From IMG/VR virus record IMGVR_UViG_2563366824_000006: DNA of 37,453 bases, one strand, 5' to 3'. Numbering within the stretch: the stretch's first letter is position 1; each line of letters opens with the position of its first letter. The stretch is from a virus. Its lineage: Duplodnaviria > Heunggongvirae > Uroviricota > Caudoviricetes > Peduoviridae. The notes under the pieces were generated by a model that worked only from the letters and a program-made list of their open reading frames with translations, had not been told where the DNA came from and made no database searches. Positions 18,521 to 27,262 of this stretch are shown here, piece by piece. The translations under genes were made by a program, and so were the position numbers.

Positions 18521-18773
18521 CGTTTTCGTCCTGACAGTGTTTAATCATTTTTATCTGGCTGGCACAGCGTGCCAGCGCGTTCTCAAGCTGCCGGATATCG
18601 GCACTTAAATCACCGTTCGTCTCCGGGTCACTGCCCGGCATCGGGCAAAGGCTCACTTTCGGGCAGGCGTTGGGGACAATCACTGGCGTCGGTGCAGGCC
18701 GGGCGCTGGTGCAACCGGCGCACAGCATCAGGCAGGTCAGCACCGTACCAGCGGCGAAAATCTTCGTTTTCAT
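18483..18773 (-). CDS. lysC: LysC, Rz1-like outer-membrane lipoprotein (o-spanin), embedded out of frame in lysB and R
   Basis: Internal Met of ORF 18483..18890 gives MKTKIFAAGTVLTCLMLCAGC..., a signal peptide with lipobox-like Cys, and a Pro-rich product; overlaps lysB in another frame as in P2. Confidence 0.65.
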   Translation of the reverse strand: MKTKIFAAGTVLTCLMLCAGCTSARPAPTPVIVPNACPKVSLCPMPGSDPETNGDLSADIRQLENALARCASQIKMIKHCQDENDAQTRQPAQGAD

Positions 18774-19053
18774 TGAGTAACCTCGTGATGGTTTTCTCGC
18801 GCTGTGCTTCACGCTTCGCGGCGTTCTCCAGTTCCTGACGCAGTGCCACCTGCGCCAGCTCGTTTTTGTCTGCCCTGGTGAGGGCAACATGAAGCTGATT
18901 TTTCAGCATGGTGATGGTCGTCTGTTGTTCACTGGCGACGTTGTTCACCCTGTCCAGCGAGGCGCGCAGGCTGGCGTTTTCATGCTTCGCCAGAAACAGC
19001 CCCGCCACCGCCAGCGATAACAACACAACCATCACAATCATCAGCCTTGACAT
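18628..19053 (-). CDS. lysB: LysB, Rz-like inner-membrane spanin (i-spanin)
   Basis: 141-aa ORF with N-terminal transmembrane helix followed by coiled coil; P2 position. Confidence 0.8.
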   Translation of the reverse strand: MSRLMIVMVVLLSLAVAGLFLAKHENASLRASLDRVNNVASEQQTTITMLKNQLHVALTRADKNELAQVALRQELENAAKREAQREKTITRLLNENEDFRRWYGADLPDAVRRLHQRPACTDASDCPQRLPESEPLPDAGQ

Positions 19054-19466
19054 GGTCCCCGCCCCTCAAAACGCTGACAGCAGGCCGTACGTATCAGCCG
19101 GAATAACAGCGCCGCCACGAGATAAATCAGCGCGGTAAAAATCCACCCGGCAGCGACCAGCGAGATAAACGTCGCCACCATCACCACCAGACCCATCGCC
19201 CGTCTGCACCACGGCACCGGCTGCAAATACAGCGACGTGACAATCTTCACGGCCAGCGATTCCGGCGGCAGCTCCCGCCCGTAGCGTTCCAGCACATACT
19301 CAGTGGCATACACGCCGACACCACCGGCAACCACACAGATAACCGTCGCCAGAATCGCCCAGGCAGCGACAAAATTGACGGCCACGCTCTGCGGGTTAAT
19401 CAGGGACAGTGCCAGCATCAGCGCCAGCGACACGTTCAGCATCAGTGAAAGGAATAATTTCTTCAT
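19041..19466 (-). CDS. lysA: LysA, membrane protein of the lysis cassette
   Basis: 141-aa strongly hydrophobic ORF directly downstream of K, as in P2. Confidence 0.8.
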   Translation of the reverse strand: MKKLFLSLMLNVSLALMLALSLINPQSVAVNFVAAWAILATVICVVAGGVGVYATEYVLERYGRELPPESLAVKIVTSLYLQPVPWCRRAMGLVVMVATFISLVAAGWIFTALIYLVAALLFRLIRTACCQRFEGRGPCQG

Positions 19467-19480
19467 GGTGTTTACTCCGT

Positions 19481-19978
19481 TTAAGCCGGTACGCCGCCAG
19501 CGGTACGCCAGACGGTGACCAGTTTTTCCAGTGAATGCTCACGCTGACCGTAACCGGCTCCCGGCAGGGATGCCCAGATATTGCGACAGCGTGAAATGGC
19601 GCGCTCAATGCGTCCCGCCCGGATGTCATCCAGCGCACCGCGTTCACGGATCAACTGAATGGCAAGTCTGTCCTGTGACAACGGACTGAAATCCGGCAGG
19701 GCAAGCTGTTTGCGGTAGTGCGGCCAGAACAGGTAAAGCTGCTGATAGCGACCGGAGGCCGTGGATTTTTCACCGCGACGGTTAAACACCTTCGCCGGTC
19801 GGCCATGCGCGAACGGGTGGTCACTGTAGTCGGTGAAAATTTCCGGCTTTCCGTCCAGTCCGGTGACTATCACGTCATAGCCCCGGTTTTTCGTCAGCGG
19901 ATGATTCGCCGTCCCTTCGGACACGGCCAGCATGTCGAGAAAGGCGGCGATATTCTGATGCGTGTTAATAACCGGCAT
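19481..19978 (-). CDS. K: Endolysin K (phage lysozyme)
   Basis: 165-aa ORF; P2 position between Y and lysA. Confidence 0.85.
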   Translation of the reverse strand: MPVINTHQNIAAFLDMLAVSEGTANHPLTKNRGYDVIVTGLDGKPEIFTDYSDHPFAHGRPAKVFNRRGEKSTASGRYQQLYLFWPHYRKQLALPDFSPLSQDRLAIQLIRERGALDDIRAGRIERAISRCRNIWASLPGAGYGQREHSLEKLVTVWRTAGGVPA

Positions 19979-20259
19979 TACGGTTTCCCCCTGCCCTTAA
20001 AGCGGCGCTGAATGGCAATCTCAATCACCTGATAACCGGCGATACCCAGCATGGAGCCGATGCCGCACACCGCAGGCAGTGACAGGTCAGGAAACTGCAC
20101 CAGAACAACACCGGCAACCATCGAGACAAAACCACCGAGCAACATGCGCCCGATAAACAGACGCGGGGTGATGGGTTCACCACCGGCAAGCACCTTGCCG
20201 ACAACAATCAGCACCCCAATCATGAAAAGCGACAGGACGCTTTTTTCTTCTGCTGTCAT
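19978..20259 (-). CDS. Y: Holin Y
   Basis: 93-aa ORF with transmembrane helices and a charged C-terminus; P2 position. Confidence 0.85.
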   Translation of the reverse strand: MTAEEKSVLSLFMIGVLIVVGKVLAGGEPITPRLFIGRMLLGGFVSMVAGVVLVQFPDLSLPAVCGIGSMLGIAGYQVIEIAIQRRFKGRGKP

Positions 20260-20262
20260 GCG

Positions 20263-20466
20263 TTACTCCCACAGATTGACAGTTTCAGCCACGGGGGCGG
20301 TCTGAACGTCGGGCAGTTCGACGACGGTGCCGTGCGGCAGCACCGCACCCAGTTCAGCCAGTCCCGGATTTGCGGCGAGCACAGCCTCGACCACGCCCTC
20401 AGTGCGCCCGTAATACCGGACACAAATGGCGTCGAGCGTGTCGCCCTGTAGCGCAAAGGTCTTCAT
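20263..20466 (-). CDS. X: Tail protein X
   Basis: 67-aa product from the internal Met (MKTFALQGDTLDAICVRYYG...); the ORF-track N-terminal extension would overlap L. Confidence 0.8.
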   Translation of the reverse strand: MKTFALQGDTLDAICVRYYGRTEGVVEAVLAANPGLAELGAVLPHGTVVELPDVQTAPVAETVNLWE

Positions 20467-20975
20467 CAGATTTGACTCACGATGCAGCGCGGCTTGTCCT
20501 GGATGCGCGCCACTGCCCAGCGCATATCCCGCCATAGCTCATCAATGGTGCTGTCAATGCTGTCGGCCTTCTTGTCGCCTTTGGCACTGGCATCCACGCC
20601 GCGATAACGCTCATAAAGCGATGCGGTCGCCATCGCACACACGGCGCGCTCGTAGTAAAAAACTTTGATGCTTTCACCGTCGATGTCGTCCGCCGGGACG
20701 TCCGCCAGACGCGTAAAACCGGCAGCAATTTTCTGTTCGCGGTACTCGTACAGCTCCGCATTCGTCTCCGCCATGCCTGACTTGATGGCCTCACGCAGAC
20801 GGGCGGGGGCGACGGTCTGCTCAAGGCGCATACGTTCCCGGACGCGCTTCGGGTCGATATCGGGAAAAAAGAACGTGTTTTTAATCACCGGCTCGTCGCC
20901 TGCCGGTTGCGGGATGACCACCGTACCCTCACCGGACACGGGAGCCTCCTTTCGCGGAATAATCAGCGTCATCAT
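20466..20975 (-). CDS. L: Capsid completion protein L
   Basis: 169-aa product from the internal Met (MMTLIIPRKEAP...), consistent with P2 gpL length. Confidence 0.8.
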   Translation of the reverse strand: MMTLIIPRKEAPVSGEGTVVIPQPAGDEPVIKNTFFFPDIDPKRVRERMRLEQTVAPARLREAIKSGMAETNAELYEYREQKIAAGFTRLADVPADDIDGESIKVFYYERAVCAMATASLYERYRGVDASAKGDKKADSIDSTIDELWRDMRWAVARIQDKPRCIVSQI

Positions 20976-21074
20976 GACTACCTCTGAAAAGTCGGGCGGT
21001 GGACGCCGGTGCAGTGTCAGGTGATTCACCCTCACTGACCGGCGTGCCGCCCTGGCGCGGGGCGCATTCGGTTG

Positions 21075-21818
21075 TTAACTGGCTTTCTTTTTCGGGCGTC
21101 CACGTTTTGCCGGTGTCACGCTCCGGGTCTTACGCGGGGTACGGGTGGCCGCTTTGGGCTGCGGCTCCGGCTTCGGTTTCAGCTCCCGCTCCAGTCGTTC
21201 AATCTCTTTTTTGACGCCTGCCTGACAGTCGAGCTGTGTCGCACGTTGCAGGTGCGCCAGCGCACCGGCGGCATCACCACCGTCACGCAGAAACAGACCG
21301 GTGATTTTGTGCAGCTTTGCGCGCACTTCATCAGGCATGTCAGCCGTGGCGGTCAGTTCAAGGGTCTCCGTCAGCAGGCGGGGATCCACAGACTCACCGG
21401 CAGCGTGAGCGCGCATGGCCGCGAGCGCCACCTCCTCGGTGAACATGTACGGCGGGGTGCGGCGGTGTTTACCCGGCATGGTCAGACCGTACTTCAGGGC
21501 ATAACGGGCAATCTCCAGCGCACCGGCAATATCGCCGGTATCCAGACGCCACAGCATGACCGTCATCAGAATGTCATCCTGTGCACCTTTGCCCTGCTCC
21601 AGCACGCCGTTCACCCACGGCAACCAGAACGGCAGCAGTTCGCGTTTTTTCGCGGCCTTCAGCTCTTTTGAATAAATCGCTTTCAGTGTGCGCTGGTCTG
21701 CGGCCAGCTTGACCAGCATCTGCTCATAGACAGTTGCATGTCGCAGCGGGGCGGCGTCCCGCTGCGCGGTCATCGCTGCCGAGACCCGCATCATGTGGCG
21801 CTGTGCGGGACTCGTCAT
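21075..21818 (-). CDS. M: Terminase small subunit M
   Basis: 247-aa ORF with basic C-terminal tail; P2 position and size. Confidence 0.88.
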   Translation of the reverse strand: MTSPAQRHMMRVSAAMTAQRDAAPLRHATVYEQMLVKLAADQRTLKAIYSKELKAAKKRELLPFWLPWVNGVLEQGKGAQDDILMTVMLWRLDTGDIAGALEIARYALKYGLTMPGKHRRTPPYMFTEEVALAAMRAHAAGESVDPRLLTETLELTATADMPDEVRAKLHKITGLFLRDGGDAAGALAHLQRATQLDCQAGVKKEIERLERELKPKPEPQPKAATRTPRKTRSVTPAKRGRPKKKAS

Positions 21819-21821
21819 CGG

Positions 21822-22895
21822 TTACGCTCCCGGCTCTGCGGTCACTTTAGTCGGTGTGGAGAAGTCACCGACCTTAATTTTTTCCACCAGACAACCGGCG
21901 GCGTAGTCTTCCACCACGTAATCAATGTTCATTGACTCGTAGTTCTCCACGCGGTCGAGTTTCGGGTTTTCCACAATCACGCGGCGATGGCTGTCATCCA
22001 TGTAGTAGATGGACAGGTTTTCCAGCTTCGTGATGAGCATCGCATCCGCCGGGAAGTACGGGACGCGTACCGCCGGCAGGTTACCGATGCGTTTCTGGCT
22101 GATGATGACGTCAGCGGCCAGCATCTCGCTGTTGTCCTGCTCCTTGTTGACGATGGGGAAATACTTGTCCGCCAGTAGCTGACGCCCCACAATCACCACA
22201 AGGTCAGGGTCTTCCTGATACCACGGCTCAATCAGGTTGTTGGTCGCATCCATCACCAGTGCATCGAGGCTGGCATAATCACCGCCCTTACCCACGCGGA
22301 TGACCTCAGAGGTCGTGTGACCTTCCTCGTCAGTAACCTTGCTCATCACGCGCGCCGGGGCTTCATTGCGGTATTTCTGCAGCCAGCCGACCGCCACATC
22401 CTGCAGCATCGGATTGCTGCTGCGGTCAGAGGTTTCGGCACGCCTCACGCCGTTAAAACCGGCCATGATTAAATCAAGGGACTGGCGTTTGATAATGGCG
22501 TTACGGACACGGAGCTGGAAATCCTGATAACGCGCCCACAGGTCAAGCGTTTTGTAGCGGATATAAAAATCGAAGTTAATCTGGTCGCATTCGTACTTGT
22601 TTGACGCCAGCTTCGAGAAGTCCTTCGGCTGACGCTCGGTGCCACCGGCGGTGTCTGTGGTGCTGGCGATGGAGCCGGTGACACCAATACCAATTTTTTC
22701 CCCTTTCATTTCGCTGACCGGCACAATGTTGATGCGGGTCAGAAAGTCAGAGGACTCCTGCATGGTGTTCATCAGGGTCTGGGTGACCGACGGTTCAACG
22801 GTGAATTTTTTCGACACATCACCGGCGTCGATGCCGTTCAGTTCGGCAACACGGGACAGGTAGGCATTAAATTTAAAGCGGGTTTCCTGGCGCAT
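21822..22895 (-). CDS. N: Major capsid protein N
   Basis: 357-aa ORF; P2 position and size. Confidence 0.9.
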   Translation of the reverse strand: MRQETRFKFNAYLSRVAELNGIDAGDVSKKFTVEPSVTQTLMNTMQESSDFLTRINIVPVSEMKGEKIGIGVTGSIASTTDTAGGTERQPKDFSKLASNKYECDQINFDFYIRYKTLDLWARYQDFQLRVRNAIIKRQSLDLIMAGFNGVRRAETSDRSSNPMLQDVAVGWLQKYRNEAPARVMSKVTDEEGHTTSEVIRVGKGGDYASLDALVMDATNNLIEPWYQEDPDLVVIVGRQLLADKYFPIVNKEQDNSEMLAADVIISQKRIGNLPAVRVPYFPADAMLITKLENLSIYYMDDSHRRVIVENPKLDRVENYESMNIDYVVEDYAAGCLVEKIKVGDFSTPTKVTAEPGA

Positions 22896-22953
22896 AGTTT
22901 TTCCTGAAATTAAGGGTTAATCGTGAAGGTTTTCCCGGACTGGCTGACGCCGG

Positions 22954-23808
22954 TCAGCAGTTCGTCATCAGGGCGTCACCGCCACCGCCGGTGGCCTTGC
23001 TGCGGCGCTGCTGGGTCAGACTTTCGGTGTGGTCGAGACTGTTTTTCAGGCGGGTGAATGCCTGACTGGTTTCATCAGCCCTGTGAGTCACATCCTGCTT
23101 AAGTGCGGAAAAGGCGGTTTCCATCTCAGCAAGGCGCTGCTCAGTGGTGCTCAGTTTTTCCTGCACATGTTCAGCAACAGCGGTCACCGCTTCATGCACA
23201 TCATTCAGACGGGCGTCATCGCTGGCCTGTTTGCGGCCAAAAATGGATTTCACCTTTTCGGTCAGGGCGGTGAACACGGTTTCAGGCAGGTCTTCAAATT
23301 CCAGCTCAACAGGCGTTGCCACTGAAATCAGGTTTTCAGGGCTTAATTTGAAGCGGTTCAGGGGGTTGTGTTTTGCCGTGCGGCAGAATTCCAGGTATTC
23401 CGTGCCAAGGCTTGCCGGGTCATCGGTGACGGCCAGCCCCACCAGATAACATTTGCCGGTATTGGCAAAGTTCGGCTGAATTTCCATTGAGGTATAGACC
23501 TTCTGCGCGGCCTTGTTCATCGCGATAAGGTCATCGGTCGGGGTGATTTTCGCAAACAGCGCCCATTTGCCTTTCAGCGCCGAATCGTCATCAATCTTTT
23601 CGGCCTTCAGTTCGGCCACATCGCCATAACGTTTAAAAATGCCGTCAGGCAGGATGCCGCGCAGATGTTCCAGGTTAATGCGGCAACCATAGACTCGCGG
23701 GTCAAAGGTTTCGGCCATTTCCTGAATATCCTGCGCACTGATGACACGCCCGTCACAGGTGTCACCCTCAACGCCGATACGAAAGAATTTTGAGACTTTT
23801 TTTGCCAT
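22954..23808 (-). CDS. O: Capsid scaffolding protein O
   Basis: 284-aa product from the internal Met (MAKKVSKFFRIGVEGDT...); P2 position and size. Confidence 0.88.
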   Translation of the reverse strand: MAKKVSKFFRIGVEGDTCDGRVISAQDIQEMAETFDPRVYGCRINLEHLRGILPDGIFKRYGDVAELKAEKIDDDSALKGKWALFAKITPTDDLIAMNKAAQKVYTSMEIQPNFANTGKCYLVGLAVTDDPASLGTEYLEFCRTAKHNPLNRFKLSPENLISVATPVELEFEDLPETVFTALTEKVKSIFGRKQASDDARLNDVHEAVTAVAEHVQEKLSTTEQRLAEMETAFSALKQDVTHRADETSQAFTRLKNSLDHTESLTQQRRSKATGGGGDALMTNC

Positions 23809-23981
23809 TGTCAGGAGTCCTGAATAGTGAGTAGAGGAGTCACATGTCGGCATCAGTTTCCCGACGATGCGCATCCTCCGCCATCAGTCCCGGATGGCTT
23901 ATCACTGACACAACAGCACCTTAGCGAATCGCGGGGCGCGACTCAGTAGCCTTGCCGTGTATTCATCACGGCGAGGTATTC
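23809..23981. promoter_or_regulatory. Divergent late promoter region (P_O leftward, P_P rightward)
   Basis: 173-bp spacer between divergent O and P start codons, as in P2; assigned by position, no clean Ogr dyad identified by eye. Confidence 0.4.
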
Positions 23982-25754
23982 ATGACCATCACCACAGACA
24001 CCACTCTTTTACACGACCCGCGTCGTCAGGCGGCGCTGCTGTACTGGCAGGGGTTTTCCGTGCCGCAGATTGCCGCCATGTTGCAGATGAAACGCCCGAC
24101 GGTGCAGAGCTGGAAACAGCGCGACGGCTGGGACAGTGTTGCCCCCATCAGCCGTGTCGAAATGAGCCTGGAAGCGCGGCTGACCCAGCTCATCATCAAA
24201 CCGCAGAAAACCGGCGGTGACTTCAAGGAAATTGACCTTCTGGGACGCCAGATTGAACGACTGGCACGGGTAAACCGTTACAGTCAGACCGGCAACGAGG
24301 CAGACCTTAATCCGAACGTCGCTAACCGCAACAAAGGCGGGCGTCGCAAACCGAAAAAGAATTTTTTCAGTGACGAGGCCATCGAAAAGCTGGAGCAGAT
24401 TTTCTTTGAGCAGTCTTTCGACTATCAGTTGCACTGGTATCGCGCCGGGCTTGAGCACCGCATCCGCGATATCCTGAAATCCCGCCAGATTGGCGCGACG
24501 TTTTATTTTTCCCGCGAGGCGCTGCTGCGTGCCCTGAAAACCGGTCATAACCAGATTTTTCTGTCGGCCAGTAAAACGCAGGCGTATGTATTCCGCGAAT
24601 ACATCATCGCCTTTGCCCGGCTGGTTGACGTTGACCTGACCGGTGACCCGATTGTCCTGGGCAATAACGGCGCAAAACTGATTTTTCTCGGCACCAACTC
24701 CAACACCGCGCAGAGCCATAACGGCGACCTGTACGTCGACGAGATTTTCTGGATCCCGAATTTTCAGGTACTGCGTAAGGTGGCATCAGGTATGGCCTCA
24801 CAGAGTCACCTGCGCTCGACCTATTTCTCCACCCCGTCCACGCTGGCGCACGACGCCTACCCGTTCTGGTCGGGTGAACTGTTCAACCGGGGACGCGCCA
24901 GCGCCGCCGAACGCGTGGAAATCGATGTCAGTCATAACGCCCTTGCCGGAGGTCTTCTCTGTGCGGACGGCCAGTGGCGACAGATTGTCACCATTGAGGA
25001 CGCCCTGAAAGGCGGCTGCACGCTGTTTGACATTGAGCAGCTCAAACGCGAAAACAGCGCCGACGATTTTAAAAACCTGTTCATGTGTGAATTTGTTGAC
25101 GACAAGGCATCGGTGTTCCCGTTCGAGGAGCTGCAACGCTGCATGGTCGACACGCTGGAAGAATGGGAAGACTATGCGCCGTTTGCCGCCAATCCGTTCG
25201 GCTCCCGCCCGGTCTGGATTGGTTACGACCCGTCACACCGTGGCGACAGCGCCGGATGCGTGGTACTGGCACCGCCGGTGGTGGCCGGTGGCAAATTCAG
25301 AATACTTGAGCGTCACCAGTGGAAAGGCATGGACTTTGCCACTCAGGCGGAATCCATCCGCAAACTCACCGAAAAATACAACGTCGAATACATCGGTATT
25401 GATGCCACCGGCCTCGGTGTCGGCGTGTTCCAGCTCGTGCGCTCGTTCTATCCCGCCGCGCGCGATATCCGCTACACGCCGGAAATGAAAACCGCAATGG
25501 TGCTCAAGGCAAAAGACGTCATCCGCCGTGGCTGTCTGGAATATGACGTCAGCGCCACCGACATCACCAGCTCGTTTATGGCTATCCGCAAGACCATGAC
25601 CAGCAGCGGACGCAGCGCCACCTATGAGGCCAGCCGCAGCGAGGAAGCCAGCCACGCCGACCTCGCCTGGGCGACCATGCACGCCCTGTTAAATGAGCCA
25701 CTCACCGCCGGTATCAGCACCCCGCTGACATCCACCATTCTGGAGTTTTACTGA
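23982..25754 (+). CDS. P: Terminase large subunit (ATPase/nuclease) P
   Basis: 590-aa product from the Met of MTITTDTTLLHDPRRQAALLYWQGF...; P2 gpP length; stop overlaps the Q start (ATGA). Confidence 0.9.
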   Translation: MTITTDTTLLHDPRRQAALLYWQGFSVPQIAAMLQMKRPTVQSWKQRDGWDSVAPISRVEMSLEARLTQLIIKPQKTGGDFKEIDLLGRQIERLARVNRYSQTGNEADLNPNVANRNKGGRRKPKKNFFSDEAIEKLEQIFFEQSFDYQLHWYRAGLEHRIRDILKSRQIGATFYFSREALLRALKTGHNQIFLSASKTQAYVFREYIIAFARLVDVDLTGDPIVLGNNGAKLIFLGTNSNTAQSHNGDLYVDEIFWIPNFQVLRKVASGMASQSHLRSTYFSTPSTLAHDAYPFWSGELFNRGRASAAERVEIDVSHNALAGGLLCADGQWRQIVTIEDALKGGCTLFDIEQLKRENSADDFKNLFMCEFVDDKASVFPFEELQRCMVDTLEEWEDYAPFAANPFGSRPVWIGYDPSHRGDSAGCVVLAPPVVAGGKFRILERHQWKGMDFATQAESIRKLTEKYNVEYIGIDATGLGVGVFQLVRSFYPAARDIRYTPEMKTAMVLKAKDVIRRGCLEYDVSATDITSSFMAIRKTMTSSGRSATYEASRSEEASHADLAWATMHALLNEPLTAGISTPLTSTILEFY

Positions 25755-26788
25755 TGAGTAAGAAAAAAGGGAAAACACCGCAGCCAGCGGTGAAAACAAT
25801 GACTGCCAGCGCCCCGAAAATGGAGGCATTCACCTTTGGCGAGCCGGTGCCGGTACTCGACCGCCGTGACATTCTGGATTATGTCGAGTGCATCAGTAAC
25901 GGCAGATGGTATGAGCCACCAATCAGCTTTACCGGTCTGGCAAAAAGCCTGCGTGCTGCCGTGCATCACAGCTCCCCGATTTACGTCAAACGCAATATTC
26001 TGGCCTCGACATTTATCCCGCATCCGTGGCTTTCCCAGCAGGATTTCAGCCGCTTTGTGCTGGATTTTCTGGTGTTCGGTAATGCGTTTCTGGAAAAGCG
26101 ATACAGCACCACCGGTAAGGTCATCAGACTGGAAACCTCACCGGCAAAATATACCCGCCGTGGTGTGGAGGAGGATGTTTACTGGTGGGTGCCGTCCTTC
26201 AACGAGCCGACACCTTTCACGCCCGGCTCCGTGTTTCATCTGCTGGAGCCGGATATTAATCAGGAGCTGTACGGCCTGCCGGAATATCTCAGCGCCCTTA
26301 ACTCTGCCTGGCTGAATGAGTCGGCCACGCTGTTCCGCCGCAAGTATTACGAAAACGGCGCACATGCCGGATACATCATGTACGTCACTGATGCCGTGCA
26401 GGATCGCAACGATATCGAAATGCTCCGCGAAAACATGGTGAAGTCGAAAGGCCGCAACAACTTTAAAAATCTGTTTCTCTATGCCCCACAGGGGAAAGCC
26501 GACGGCATTAAAATTATCCCGCTCAGTGAAGTCGCAACGAAGGACGATTTTTTTAATATCAAAAAAGCCAGCGCCGCTGACCTGCTGGACGCGCACCGCA
26601 TCCCCTTTCAGTTGATGGGCGGCAAGCCGGAGAACGTCGGGTCGCTGGGTGATATTGAGAAAGTGGCAAAGGTCTTTGTCCGCAATGAGCTTATCCCGCT
26701 ACAGGACAGGATCCGCGAGATAAACGGCTGGCTCGGTCAGGAGGTCATCCGCTTTAAAAACTACTCACTGGACACTGACAACGGCTGA
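25754..26788 (+). CDS. Q: Portal protein Q
   Basis: 344-aa ORF; P2 position and size. Confidence 0.9.
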   Translation: MSKKKGKTPQPAVKTMTASAPKMEAFTFGEPVPVLDRRDILDYVECISNGRWYEPPISFTGLAKSLRAAVHHSSPIYVKRNILASTFIPHPWLSQQDFSRFVLDFLVFGNAFLEKRYSTTGKVIRLETSPAKYTRRGVEEDVYWWVPSFNEPTPFTPGSVFHLLEPDINQELYGLPEYLSALNSAWLNESATLFRRKYYENGAHAGYIMYVTDAVQDRNDIEMLRENMVKSKGRNNFKNLFLYAPQGKADGIKIIPLSEVATKDDFFNIKKASAADLLDAHRIPFQLMGGKPENVGSLGDIEKVAKVFVRNELIPLQDRIREINGWLGQEVIRFKNYSLDTDNG

Positions 26789-26793
26789 ACATC

Positions 26794-26816
26794 GCCGCCT
26801 GCGGGCGGCTTTTTTA
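26794..26816 (+). terminator. Intrinsic terminator after Q
   Basis: GC stem cgccgcc / ggcggc around a tgcg loop, followed by tttttt (26811..26816). Confidence 0.65.
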
Positions 26817-26957
26817 CAACCCGCCATCACGCCCTCACACGCTCACCACCGCACAAAACATCCCACAGACACACCAACGCCCCGGCGAACAATCTAAACG
26901 CCATCACGACGCGCTCAGACGCTGAAAAAATAAAATCAGCACCACCGCCAGCGCGCA

Positions 26958-26976
26958 GTGCTTTCCCCGCCTCGCC
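26958..26976. other. cos site (19-nt cohesive-end sequence)
   Basis: gtgctttccccgcctcgcc is the reverse complement of GGCGAGGCGGGGAAAGCAC, the P2 cohesive end as I remember it; located just beyond Q as in P2. Confidence 0.8.
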
Positions 26977-27262
26977 CGCCCGCTTAATGGGGCGGTTTTA
27001 ATGCACTTGCATGAATGGCCTAAAGTACGCCAGTTCTGACACTGCAAAGTTAGAAAATGCCTAACAGGTACATGCAAAATGATGCATCAAATGAATTCAT
27101 ACTGAAATAACCCCCAACCACATAGCTAAGCATCCACATCTTTACATCTAACTCACTAAATTCTCTTGAATAAATCAAAAAGTTAGGTTAGATCTCTATC
27201 GTTGAGGAAGGCAACCTCGAACACTTAAGGCTAAATATAAAAAGAATAAAAAGAGGGATAAA

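Noticed and set aside
20263-23874. N-terminal extensions of ORF-track calls for X, L and O (track starts at 20535, 21035 and 23874)
   Set aside because: The extended starts would make neighbouring genes overlap extensively and add non-conserved leader peptides; internal Met codons give products of P2-like length (67, 169 and 284 aa). The same applies to ogr, V, P, A, yegR and lysC.
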